In this document: one piece after another, positions 36,808 to 44,281 of the stretch
Numbering within the stretch: the first letter of the stretch is position 1
Layout: each line of letters starts with the position of its first letter
Source of the DNA: a virus
Taxonomy: Duplodnaviria > Caudoviricetes
IMG/VR virus record: IMGVR_UViG_3300028364_000057
Span: 1-44,420 of that record
Direction: 5' to 3' (one strand)
Length of the DNA stretch: 44,420 bases
Made by a program: the position numbers and the translations under genes
Notes under the pieces: model-generated
Seen by the model: the letters and a program-made list of their open reading frames with translations, nothing else
Told to the model about the DNA's origin: nothing
Databases searched by the model: none

Positions 36808-36840
36808 AAGAATAAAGGACCCCAGTTACCCAGGGTCCTT
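36808..36840 (-). terminator. Intrinsic terminator
   Basis: AAGGACCCUGG-GUAA-CUGGGGUCCUU then UAUUCUU. Confidence 0.75.
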
Positions 36841-36851
36841 GTATATGGGGA

Positions 36852-37013
36852 CTATTTGCTTGGTGGTTGACGTAGATCGTCTTCCTCTTTATCTTTCTGC
36901 TTACGCTTGCAGCGTGGTCCACAGAACAAACGATCGTTGTACTCCAACATGCTGTCCTCAAACTGGTTGGAACCACACTGATAGCAGCGTGCTATCTCGA
37001 ACCGGGCAGTCAT
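36852..37013 (-). CDS. 53-aa Zn-finger protein (not in ORF track)
   Basis: MTARFEIARCYQC...FCGPRC; ATGA overlap with the upstream gene. Confidence 0.7.
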   Translation of the reverse strand: MTARFEIARCYQCGSNQFEDSMLEYNDRLFCGPRCKRKQKDKEEDDLRQPPSK

Positions 37014-37216
37014 ACCTCAGAGTAACGAACTGGTAGCTCGTCCCTCCACTTATCCCGGCATCGAGTACCACAGAAGTGTTCAGACACGATCCCGTTGGTA
37101 GCTGTTATCGCTTGTGAAGCACGAACCGTCTGATTGCAGCCAGTCCAGCCACAGCTGAGGTTACCAAACAACTCGTCGTCGCTTGGTGGTAGATCAATTG
37201 GCAGTTGTGTATGCAC
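37010..37216 (-). CDS. Zn-finger protein (CxxxxC...FCxxxC)
   Basis: CGWTGC and FCGTRC; AAGGAG SD with GTG start. Confidence 0.7.
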   Translation of the reverse strand: MHTQLPIDLPPSDDELFGNLSCGWTGCNQTVRASQAITATNGIVSEHFCGTRCRDKWRDELPVRYSEV

Positions 37217-37319
37217 GTTGCACTCCTTTCAAGTATTGACGCCATTTGATACGGATTGGTTTAGTGATTGCTCGACGTTTCTTGCGTTTGCGCAGCTGCG
37301 CTTTGGTTAGTCTATGCAC
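37194..37319 (-). CDS. 41-aa highly basic peptide (not in ORF track)
   Basis: MHRLTKAQLRKRKKRRAITKPIRIKWRQYLKGVQRAYTTAN* behind AAGGAGGTGATCCA. Confidence 0.65.
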   Translation of the reverse strand: MHRLTKAQLRKRKKRRAITKPIRIKWRQYLKGVQRAYTTAN

Positions 37320-37354
37320 TTTGGATCACCTCCTTGACAATGAACTCTACCCTC

Positions 37355-37363
37355 AATATACCA
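37355..37363 (-). promoter_or_regulatory. Extended -10 promoter TGG-TATATT
   Basis: Intergenic, upstream of the SD-led three-gene unit. Confidence 0.5.
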
Positions 37364-37366
37364 CCA

Positions 37367-37579
37367 CTAGTCTTTCTGTAGGTTGAACTGATCCCCAATC
37401 TCGTTGATAGTCTTGGCTAGGTGAAGCGCCAGGTTCCCAACAAACTCCTGACTATCTTTTCTGGTAATGATCTCTAGCTGCTTCTCTTCACTAAGTTCCT
37501 CGAAGCATACGTTGGTCCATTTATCGTCGATCTTTTCCCGGAAGTACACGCCTGATAGGTTTCTTAGTTGTTTTGTCAT
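37367..37579 (-). CDS. Hypothetical protein
   Basis: 70-aa ORF, TATG start. Confidence 0.65.
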   Translation of the reverse strand: MTKQLRNLSGVYFREKIDDKWTNVCFEELSEEKQLEIITRKDSQEFVGNLALHLAKTINEIGDQFNLQKD

Positions 37580-37580
37580 A

Positions 37581-37718
37581 CTAAGAGTCGCTATCTGTGT
37601 CCAGCTTGATCGGTCCTTTAGCTATCCACTTACTGATAATCACTACGAAGATGGCTTTTGATAACCACCAGCCTAGTCCAACAAAGAATCCAATCCCAAT
37701 TAGTTCTACTATGGTCAT
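37581..37718 (-). CDS. 45-aa membrane peptide (not in ORF track)
   Basis: MTIVELIGIGFFVGLGWWLSKAIFVVIISKW...; fills the gap exactly. Confidence 0.6.
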   Translation of the reverse strand: MTIVELIGIGFFVGLGWWLSKAIFVVIISKWIAKGPIKLDTDSDS

Positions 37719-38026
37719 ACGTTTGTTTCCTTAATGTGATAAATATGCAACCCTCCCCGATGTGAAGAATACCAACACATCATCTGAAACATCTTGTTGT
37801 TGTGCAGCGCAACTAGGATATCCTCGTTACCACTCCATCCACCAGTGATGAGTACAAACTCCCGGTAGTTAGTCTTATGATCGTCTTCTTTCCACGGTCC
37901 AAGTCGAGCATAGTCTTCTCCCCAGTTCCAAATAGACTGGATAAACAGCGCTAGTTCCTCGAAGTTACTGTAGTCCCACTGTTCGATCTTCTGTAGTTCC
38001 TCGTCTGTTGGGTATCTGTTGTCCAT
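37715..38026 (-). CDS. Hypothetical phage protein
   Basis: YPTDEEL..W, TGGWSGNEDI, WYSSHRGG motifs typical of a phage family. Confidence 0.7.
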   Translation of the reverse strand: MDNRYPTDEELQKIEQWDYSNFEELALFIQSIWNWGEDYARLGPWKEDDHKTNYREFVLITGGWSGNEDILVALHNNKMFQMMCWYSSHRGGLHIYHIKETNV

Positions 38027-38028
38027 AA

Positions 38029-38544
38029 CTAGTCCCTGATTAGAGTAATAAGGTGATAATGCGCATGTTGCGGCTGACTTTGACCAATAGTGAAGTTCTT
38101 TAGGATGAAGTCATACTGTCGATCCTTTTCAAACTTAGCGTATAACCAATCACGCTCTTGTATCTCGAAGCCTGTTAGCTCGTTTATATCAGCTACGTGC
38201 CGCTTAGGGACGAGTAAGTGATGAACTGTAGCAATTGCATCATACGGGTAGTTATTCTCGATTAGCAGCCAGTTTTGGAACTCCTGGACCACTTCATATC
38301 CCTCACTATCACACATAAAACACTCTCCCTCCTGCCGCCTTGGTGCATTTTGGTATCGTTTCCAGCAATCAGCGCTACGTAGGTTCGTTCCTTGTTGTGC
38401 TTTACTAGTCTTACTACCCTGATAGGCAACCATCATAGCCCTTTCCGCATCACCCATAGTGGGATGAACTGATAGAGTCTCCACCTTTTCGACGTGATAC
38501 TTGTTAATACCTCCCTTTTTTGTCCGATAGATTGTGCTTATCAT
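38029..38544 (-). CDS. HIT-family nucleotide hydrolase
   Basis: CFMC, NNYPY, HHLLVPKRHV, HAHYH histidine triad. Confidence 0.85.
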   Translation of the reverse strand: MISTIYRTKKGGINKYHVEKVETLSVHPTMGDAERAMMVAYQGSKTSKAQQGTNLRSADCWKRYQNAPRRQEGECFMCDSEGYEVVQEFQNWLLIENNYPYDAIATVHHLLVPKRHVADINELTGFEIQERDWLYAKFEKDRQYDFILKNFTIGQSQPQHAHYHLITLIRD

Positions 38545-39062
38545 AGTTTAATTTGTATTTTGATTAGAACTAGTAGCTGTTAGTAGTAGGCCAGGTTGCT
38601 CGCTTAGGTGTTCTGATATCGTTCTACCGTCTTGCATGATGGTATAGGGTAGGAATATCTGTGGAATGGTCACCATGTTGATCTCCACTAGCGCTAGCTG
38701 TGCATCTATCCAGGCGTAGATCACACGCCACGCAGTACGAATAGCCTGGTTATCAAGGCTTTTATCTTTGTGTCTCACGCTAGTTATACCTTGCTGGTCA
38801 AACACTTCCCGGACCGCACGCCAGTTGCATGGCAATTGAAAGCCCATTTCTCTACCGTCTATACGTAACTGAAAGCTGACAGCACTTACTTGCTTACCAT
38901 CGTACTCAGTCATCATCTTAGTGACGCCATACTCGCTCAACATCACTTGGATCTCACCAATGGTCTGTTCTGCCGGGACTGTAGTGGTGTAGTTTTTAAT
39001 CATATTCAACGTGATACTTGTTAATACCTTCCTTTTTTGTCCGATAGATTGTACTTATCATA
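38492..39062. repeat. 54-bp direct repeat (38492-38545, 39009-39062) flanking one gene
   Basis: 52/54 identical; both copies encode MISTIYRTKK(G/E)GINKYHV. Confidence 0.93.
38548..39003 (-). CDS. Hypothetical phage protein
   Basis: NYTTTVP..TIGEIQ..QAIRTAWRVIYAWIDAQLA..FLPY; ATG at 39003. Confidence 0.75.
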   Translation of the reverse strand: MIKNYTTTVPAEQTIGEIQVMLSEYGVTKMMTEYDGKQVSAVSFQLRIDGREMGFQLPCNWRAVREVFDQQGITSVRHKDKSLDNQAIRTAWRVIYAWIDAQLALVEINMVTIPQIFLPYTIMQDGRTISEHLSEQPGLLLTATSSNQNTN

Positions 39063-39189
39063 ATCCAGCATCCATAGCGTTGTCTAATACAATTTCAAGT
39101 TGTCGTCGCTCTTCTGCACGCAATTGTTTTTGCCGCTGTGTGTGAGCATCGAATACTGCCAGTACAAAGGTTTTTACTGTTTCGTTCAT
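39058..39189 (-). CDS. 43-aa hypothetical protein (not in ORF track)
   Basis: MNETVKTFVLAVFDAHTQRQ...; ATGA overlaps at both ends. Confidence 0.6.
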   Translation of the reverse strand: MNETVKTFVLAVFDAHTQRQKQLRAEERRQLEIVLDNAMDAGL

Positions 39190-39545
39190 ATCCGGGTAAC
39201 GTGAACTGATAATGCCTGTAGATCAGACTCAGCAAAGAATGATCCTTTCTCGTCGAGATACCAGAACGCATCCTCAATAGTGATTTTGTGGAGAAATACA
39301 CCACGATCACTGAGGATAGGTCCTTGCCGGAACGTCACACCGGAAGTTAATTGACCATAGAAGCCGTTCTCACGGTCACCAAGGAACCAATCAACCGGCG
39401 CAGTACATTGTGCTGAGGTTTCAAAGTTACGGTTATTACAGTCGATCTTCACTGTGACTGAGGTAGCAGCAGAACCCTGCCCGTGGGCAAGGTTAGCTAC
39501 TACCATGAATAGAAATACAATTACGATTTGTTTAGCTAGTTTCAT
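39186..39545 (-). CDS. Secreted protein with signal peptide
   Basis: MKLAKQIVIVFLFMVVANLAHG signal peptide. Confidence 0.7.
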   Translation of the reverse strand: MKLAKQIVIVFLFMVVANLAHGQGSAATSVTVKIDCNNRNFETSAQCTAPVDWFLGDRENGFYGQLTSGVTFRQGPILSDRGVFLHKITIEDAFWYLDEKGSFFAESDLQALSVHVTRI

Positions 39546-39672
39546 GGTTGTGGGATTTATTGCGAATATAGATGATGCTAGCCTGTACGACTACATCGGC
39601 GTCTTTAGCTGTCATAGTACCGAGTGTACTTTCCAGCATCTTTAGCAGCACTTCGATGTCTGATTGCTTCAT
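39532..39672 (-). CDS. 46-aa hypothetical protein
   Basis: MKQSDIEVLLKMLES...; fills the gap. Confidence 0.45.
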   Translation of the reverse strand: MKQSDIEVLLKMLESTLGTMTAKDADVVVQASIIYIRNKSHNHETS

Positions 39673-39683
39673 TATACGTTGTG

Positions 39684-39815
39684 TTAGTTGACTATTTCAT
39701 ACTGCGCTGTGTGTAACTCTAAGCATTCGATAGCAGAAAGCTGGAATGTGATTAAGAGGTAGATAATAACAACGATGAGTAATAATAGCGTTAATAATAA
39801 GGGTTTATTAGTCAT
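39684..39815 (-). CDS. 43-aa membrane peptide
   Basis: MTNKPLLLTLLLLIVVIIYLLITF...; TATG start. Confidence 0.5.
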   Translation of the reverse strand: MTNKPLLLTLLLLIVVIIYLLITFQLSAIECLELHTAQYEIVN

Positions 39816-39874
39816 AACTAGTAATTTTTTCTAGGTTATACGGGTAACTTTATGCAAGCGGCTTGTATACTTTT

Positions 39875-39883
39875 ATTATAGCA
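39875..39883 (-). promoter_or_regulatory. Extended -10 promoter TGC-TATAAT overlapping a stop codon
   Basis: GGA TTG CTA TAA T. Confidence 0.55.
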
Positions 39884-40103
39884 ATCCAGCCATAGTTTTC
39901 AAGGCTTTTTTAAGCTCTACGGTTGCATGTTTTGCGTCAAAATACGCATCTTCTAGCTTCTCGATGTGATCCTCTAAACAAAGGATGCTTTGTTCTGCTC
40001 GTCCGATGTCGTGCGACTTCCTGGATGAGTGTTGTCTTACTTCTTCCAGCTGTTTGTTCTGTGTGTCGATCACCAGCTGCAGCTGTGCGATGTGTTGGAT
40101 CAC
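39876..40103 (-). CDS. Coiled-coil hypothetical protein (start uncertain; frame open to 40391)
   Basis: GTG at 40103 just after the upstream stop; heptad pattern. Confidence 0.5.
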   Translation of the reverse strand: MIQHIAQLQLVIDTQNKQLEEVRQHSSRKSHDIGRAEQSILCLEDHIEKLEDAYFDAKHATVELKKALKTMAGLL

Positions 40104-40107
40104 TACA

Positions 40108-40542
40108 CTAGGTAGCGGTCCCGTTCCTCCTGGTACTACGACTCTTTTTGAAAGAGGTATCGAAGTGACCTGGTCGCCCGAAACAGACAGCACGTGTAAT
40201 CTGTGTGGGTACTGTGTGCGTGACGGTTTCTCCCTCGACTCCACTGAGTGTAAAGGTTTCTGACCCGTCTTCTTGAACTGTAATGCCTTCTTCGTTGATG
40301 ACGTTGTTTGATAGCCACGTCTTCCTCTCTTTGAGCTTCTTCTCGACTCGTCTTTTGTAGGCTGAGTCTTCTGTTTGTTTTGGTTTTTCATACGGTATTT
40401 CTACAATGACGGTCTGCGGTTTGGTTTCTACTTCATCATCCGACTCTAGTGAGTGATCCCAGAACTTGTGTCCTTGGATACACTCCCAGACAATCGTGCC
40501 TGGTTGTAGTCGCATGGATAGAAAACACTTTTTGCAGGTCAT
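40108..40542 (-). CDS. Hypothetical protein with N-terminal Zn ribbon
   Basis: CKKC...CIQGH. Confidence 0.6.
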   Translation of the reverse strand: MTCKKCFLSMRLQPGTIVWECIQGHKFWDHSLESDDEVETKPQTVIVEIPYEKPKQTEDSAYKRRVEKKLKERKTWLSNNVINEEGITVQEDGSETFTLSGVEGETVTHTVPTQITRAVCFGRPGHFDTSFKKSRSTRRNGTAT

Positions 40543-40555
40543 AATGGTTAATTAG

Positions 40556-40774
40556 TTAGCCGAGTGCGTCCATAACTACTTGCTCTTCTGTGATATGTCG
40601 ATGCCGCACTAGGTGGTGTCCCATCCTTTCTTTATTTACTTTGGAATAGAACTTCCCGGCGTGCATCGAAAATGAGCAGGTGGTGCATAGTACGTAATCG
40701 GTACAGTGACTAGGTGATAGTGGGTTGCTGCACATTGGGCAGTCCCCGTGATAAATACCAGCCCATTTGTTCAT
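40556..40774 (-). CDS. Zn-ribbon protein
   Basis: CPMC...CTTC. Confidence 0.65.
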   Translation of the reverse strand: MNKWAGIYHGDCPMCSNPLSPSHCTDYVLCTTCSFSMHAGKFYSKVNKERMGHHLVRHRHITEEQVVMDALG

Positions 40775-41169
40775 AAGGTGATTGTTATTTTCTTTGCTTT
40801 GGTTTCTCGAACTTCCGCATGTCGGTAGTTCTTTTCTTTATTTGCTCTCGCATTCAACACTACCGAGCTAGTTGGTCGATATAGTTCGTTGTCGTTCTGA
40901 ATGACTTGTCGGTTCCGGCGTAGTGTTTCAAAGTTGGGCAGCTTCATAAGATCGTCCAGCGTTATCATCGCTACACGCTGACTGGTACGGATCAATAGTT
41001 CAGGGTGATGCTCGATGATGTAGCCTTTCAATAACTCTTTGTCGCTATTGCGTGACTCCGGGTATTTTTGTAGTACATGAACTACTTTATCTTTGAATGA
41101 CTTTAATTCTTCCATTTTTGTTGGTTTTAGATGTATTTGACCGTCTGTATTCGTTTTTAAGCGGTTCAA
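40771..41169 (-). CDS. Hypothetical protein (start uncertain)
   Basis: VLQKYPESRNSDKEL..ETLRRNRQVIQN phage-type motif. Confidence 0.65.
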   Translation of the reverse strand: MNRLKTNTDGQIHLKPTKMEELKSFKDKVVHVLQKYPESRNSDKELLKGYIIEHHPELLIRTSQRVAMITLDDLMKLPNFETLRRNRQVIQNDNELYRPTSSVVLNARANKEKNYRHAEVRETKAKKITITL

Positions 41170-41204
41170 TATACCTTAGTTGAGTAATGTGTCGTGTCTG
41201 CTAT

Positions 41205-41861
41205 TTACGTTGCAGCTAGCCTTGTTTCCTCTTGAATCCTGCGAAGTTTAGCGGTGCATGTGCCAGTGGCTGTAGAAGATAAAAAATATCCGATTTTTTT
41301 GCTGGCTACATTAAGGTCCTCGCCGCAGCCACACAAACATAGGCGTGGTGCTTCTGGTGATTTAAGTGGCGCTGCTTCCCTACTGCGTTTAAGGTCATGT
41401 TCTCTTGCTTCATGCTTCTGAGCGTAGTACTTCCTCCCTTTGAGGAACTTGTACTGACTAATCTTGTGCTGCATATCTGCAAAGTCCCTGGTCCGTAGCC
41501 GGTTGATCTGAATGTCAAACGATGCAACGTATGGCGCATCCTTTGGTCCAGTGTAATTGACCAGTCCCTTAGACTGATAGAACAGTAACTCTCCGACTGA
41601 TGCAAGTTCACCTTCTTCGTTGAGAAACTCTTTCAGCTCTTCTTTCTCGAACTTCAATAGCTCTGGTTCGCTGTAGTCTTTGCGCTGCTCGTCTGCGACG
41701 TACTCCACGTCCCGGATCGAGGTACTCATAATCAGCATACCTTTGCGCAACTCCACGTTTGTAGGCATATCGCCATTCTTCTTCATTTCGTATAGCTTTG
41801 CGCCTTTCTCGTCGTCTAATGTCTCCGGTAGTCTGTCCCCTTTGAATGTGACCTTGTACAT
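41205..41861 (-). CDS. Hypothetical protein downstream of the initiator
   Basis: 218 aa with C-terminal CLCGCG. Confidence 0.65.
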   Translation of the reverse strand: MYKVTFKGDRLPETLDDEKGAKLYEMKKNGDMPTNVELRKGMLIMSTSIRDVEYVADEQRKDYSEPELLKFEKEELKEFLNEEGELASVGELLFYQSKGLVNYTGPKDAPYVASFDIQINRLRTRDFADMQHKISQYKFLKGRKYYAQKHEAREHDLKRSREAAPLKSPEAPRLCLCGCGEDLNVASKKIGYFLSSTATGTCTAKLRRIQEETRLAAT

Positions 41862-41866
41862 AATGG

Positions 41867-42589
41867 TTAAGTGAGACTGAGTGTGTCGCCCTTAGTACTC
41901 GCATCTTGTTTGGGTTCAGTACTGAGGTCGTCTTCGTATCTCCGTTGATTTAAGAACGTGGCTGGGTACGGGATAAACTTGCCGCCGTCCTTGTTCCAGG
42001 CTTTGGTAGTTTTATACTCATCCACTTTGTTGATAATTTCTTTTGTTTTGTCGTCGTCCGGTCTGATCTTTAGCCACGCTTTCTCCGCATGACCCTTTCC
42101 CTTTTTATTGGGATAGGTTGCGTAGAACAGGGTAAAGTTCTCCAACATTTCTTCTTTTGTTGGTCCACTCGCTTTTCGCTTATTCTCTGTAGTACTCTCT
42201 TGTGTACTCTCTGTTATAGAAACGTCAGTTTCTAGCGAATCGAAAAGGCTAGTTTCTAGCGTTTCAAAAAGTAAGTTTCTTACGTTTTGAAAAGCGATAC
42301 GGTAGTGAAGTGTGGGTTTCCCCATCGCTCGCATCACCTTAGACTCCACTAGTCCGAGTTTCTCCAACTTCTTGCGTGCCTGATCCTGTTGGAACCGGGA
42401 TAGGCAAGTCTCATCTGTGAGTTCCTGCTTCGTCTTCCAAAACCATCCGTCAGTTCGTACCGTTTTGTCTGACCAATAATCTAGTTGACCGAGCAGTATT
42501 GCTTCGTTTAGCCCGATGATCTTGGCAACTTCCGGGTTGTACGCTACCCGTCGTAGTGCCAGTCGAGCAATATCAGTTTGTTTCTTCAT
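41867..42589 (-). CDS. Phage replication initiator (wHTH plus DnaD-like C-terminus)
   Basis: AILLGQLDYW..DGWFWKT; FYATYPNKKGK..AW..FIPYPATFLNQRRYED. Confidence 0.85.
   Translation of the reverse strand: MKKQTDIARLALRRVAYNPEVAKIIGLNEAILLGQLDYWSDKTVRTDGWFWKTKQELTDETCLSRFQQDQARKKLEKLGLVESKVMRAMGKPTLHYRIAFQNVRNLLFETLETSLFDSLETDVSITESTQESTTENKRKASGPTKEEMLENFTLFYATYPNKKGKGHAEKAWLKIRPDDDKTKEIINKVDEYKTTKAWNKDGGKFIPYPATFLNQRRYEDDLSTEPKQDASTKGDTLSLT
42227..42296. repeat. Three 23-24-bp iteron-like repeats (putative origin)
   Basis: AGTTTCTAGCG at 42227 and 42251, AGTTTCTTACG at 42274, each followed by AAAAG. Confidence 0.7.
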
Positions 42590-42626
42590 GTGGGTGTCCA
42601 GCTAGTTGTACCTTGTGGACTGATAA

Positions 42627-42740
42627 CTAGTACGATTGGCGCAGCTGCTTCCGTTTGCGAGCTTGTTTCAGCTTCAGCGCTTTTTCTTTCTCGTACGTAT
42701 TTTGTTTAGTGTACGGTTTAGTTTTTTTCTTCATTGTCAT
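42627..42740 (-). CDS. Small basic protein
   Basis: MTMKKKTKPYTKQNTYEKEK... Confidence 0.4.
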   Translation of the reverse strand: MTMKKKTKPYTKQNTYEKEKALKLKQARKRKQLRQSY

Positions 42741-42912
42741 TAAGTGGGTCTTCCAACACTTTGCGTCGATGATTAGCCCAGCGAACATTTGCCGCTTTCT
42801 TGTAGTGATCTGCACCATGCCTTTGGCGGGTGACACATCCTCCTTTAGTACCAATCCTCTGCAGGTGCATTGTAAGAGTAGTGTTTTTAATCTTTCTTTT
42901 TGGTTTCCTCAT
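42718..42912 (-). CDS. KGG-motif small basic protein
   Basis: RIGTKGG..HGADHYKKAANVRW. Confidence 0.6.
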   Translation of the reverse strand: MRKPKRKIKNTTLTMHLQRIGTKGGCVTRQRHGADHYKKAANVRWANHRRKVLEDPLNDNEEKN

Positions 42913-43264
42913 AAGTTCTCTGAATATAAGCTAGCGCTCTGACTACTTTTTCTCCATGCAAGCCAGTGTCGTAGGCTACTCCATGACTGTTGATCCCACG
43001 TTTGATAGTAGTATCACCTCCATTCCATATCCGACCGATCTCTTCCGCTGTGTAACCAGCTTTCAGCCACTTTTGAACTTTCATCACCACTAGGTGTCGT
43101 TCGTTGATATACGTCCTTGGTGGAACATACCCGTAGATTTCTTTAGCGTATTGGACGTAAGTACTGTCTAGGAATTGCCAGCATCCGGTTTCATTAGATC
43201 CGCCGGGTAGGTCATGGCAGTCTTCATGCCCTTGAGCTTCTACAGCTTTCATCGCATCTGTCAC
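42887..43264 (-). CDS. Lysozyme-like / lytic transglycosylase domain
   Basis: KAVEAQG (catalytic Glu), GCWQFLDSTY, WNGG. Confidence 0.7.
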   Translation of the reverse strand: MTDAMKAVEAQGHEDCHDLPGGSNETGCWQFLDSTYVQYAKEIYGYVPPRTYINERHLVVMKVQKWLKAGYTAEEIGRIWNGGDTTIKRGINSHGVAYDTGLHGEKVVRALAYIQRTYEETKKKD

Positions 43265-43281
43265 CTGGATGGCTCTCAGGC

Positions 43282-43662
43282 TTAGAGAAAAAGTTCTCGT
43301 TCTCGTAGTTCTTCCTTTTCTGCTTCTAAATCAGCTTCCATCTTTTCAATTGCTTGACGCATGGCGTCGTCTTCACGTAGTTGGTTGAACTTGCTCTCGT
43401 TCTCGTCGTAGGCAGCCTGGAAGTACTGATCTAGTCGATCTGAACTCTCTACTGGTGCTTCCTCCTTGAATGGAGCGTTGTTCGTTACCGTTGTAGTGGT
43501 CATATCTTCGTATGCTTGGACTACTTGCGGTACCACTGTGATGTTGAGATAAGTGGTGCCAGCTGCACCGATGATTGCGGCAAACGCTGCGATCTTCAGT
43601 GTACGACGCACACTCACTTTATTATCTAACTTCCTCTTGATGTAGGTTTTAATTGACTTCAT
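43282..43662 (-). CDS. Membrane-anchored coiled-coil protein
   Basis: Basic N-terminus, TM IAAFAAIIGAAG, acidic coiled coil. Confidence 0.7.
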   Translation of the reverse strand: MKSIKTYIKRKLDNKVSVRRTLKIAAFAAIIGAAGTTYLNITVVPQVVQAYEDMTTTTVTNNAPFKEEAPVESSDRLDQYFQAAYDENESKFNQLREDDAMRQAIEKMEADLEAEKEELRERELFL

Positions 43663-43730
43663 AAACTTGTTATTGGTTTTGTTAATGATCGACCTCCGGC
43701 GATTGTGTCGGGTGTGTTTCCGACTCCCTC

Positions 43731-43796
43731 ATTGTAGCAGGTGTGGTGAGCTTGTCACGCTTGCATACGGGGACATGGGGATAACTATGGTATAGT
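43731..43796. promoter_or_regulatory. Divergent promoters: TGC-TACAAT (minus, 43731-43739) and TGG-TATAGT (plus, 43788-43796)
   Basis: The only divergent intergenic region; DnaA-box-like TGGGGATAA at 43776-43784. Confidence 0.65.
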
Positions 43797-43804
43797 AAAA
43801 ATAT

Positions 43805-44176
43805 ATGAATACTATCAGCGTCGATGATCTCAGGAAGTTAGGTGGTGGTGGCGTCAGTAAGTATCGCAATACCAGGACCGACTACAACGGGACCGTATAC
43901 GACTCAAAGAAAGAAGCGATGTACCGGCAGCAATTGGATATGTTGACCGGAGCAAACATTCCGGACCATGAACGGGTAGCTTTGATCGAGGAACAAGTGC
44001 GCTATCCGATCGTTATAAACGACGTGAAGATTTGCAGCTATGTGTTGGACTTCAAAGTGACATACGGCGACGGTCATGTGGATCACGTTGATGTTAAAGG
44101 GATGAAGACTCAGGTGTATAAGTTGAAAAAAAAGATGATGCTAGCTGTACACGGTATCGAGATTGTAGAGGTCTAA
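43805..44176 (+). CDS. DUF1064 PD-(D/E)xK nuclease-like protein
   Basis: SKYRN..YDSKKEA..YVLDF..DVKG..YKLKKKM. Confidence 0.85.
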   Translation: MNTISVDDLRKLGGGGVSKYRNTRTDYNGTVYDSKKEAMYRQQLDMLTGANIPDHERVALIEEQVRYPIVINDVKICSYVLDFKVTYGDGHVDHVDVKGMKTQVYKLKKKMMLAVHGIEIVEV

Positions 44177-44253
44177 AATAAAAAATTGCGCCGAGCTTCG
44201 CTCCCTATCACATATAGGTTCCGCCGCCGGATCACTTGTATAGTTGAATATAT

Positions 44254-44281
44254 AAGAAAACCGCCAGCGTATGGCTGACGG
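44254..44281 (-). terminator. Terminator of the late minus-strand operon, at the convergence point
   Basis: CCGUCAGC-CAUAC-GCUGGCGG then UUUUCUU; lies downstream of tad2 on the circle. Confidence 0.7.

Noticed and set aside
36605-37036. Plus-strand 143-aa ORF and minus-strand ORF 36734-36976
   Set aside because: They cross a terminator, a promoter, the structured RNA and a better-supported Zn-finger gene
37322-37335. 16S rRNA gene fragment
   Set aside because: Only 14 nt match, correctly placed as an SD for a minus-strand ORF
40104-40391. Long dual-coding overlap of 39876-40391 with 40108-40542
   Set aside because: The extension is low-complexity and a GTG just after the upstream stop explains the gene without overlap; not fully excluded
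53-43662. Stop-codon reassignment (many TAG stops)
   Set aside because: Code 11 gives dense long ORFs, TAG falls exactly at gene junctions, and no suppressor tRNA is visible
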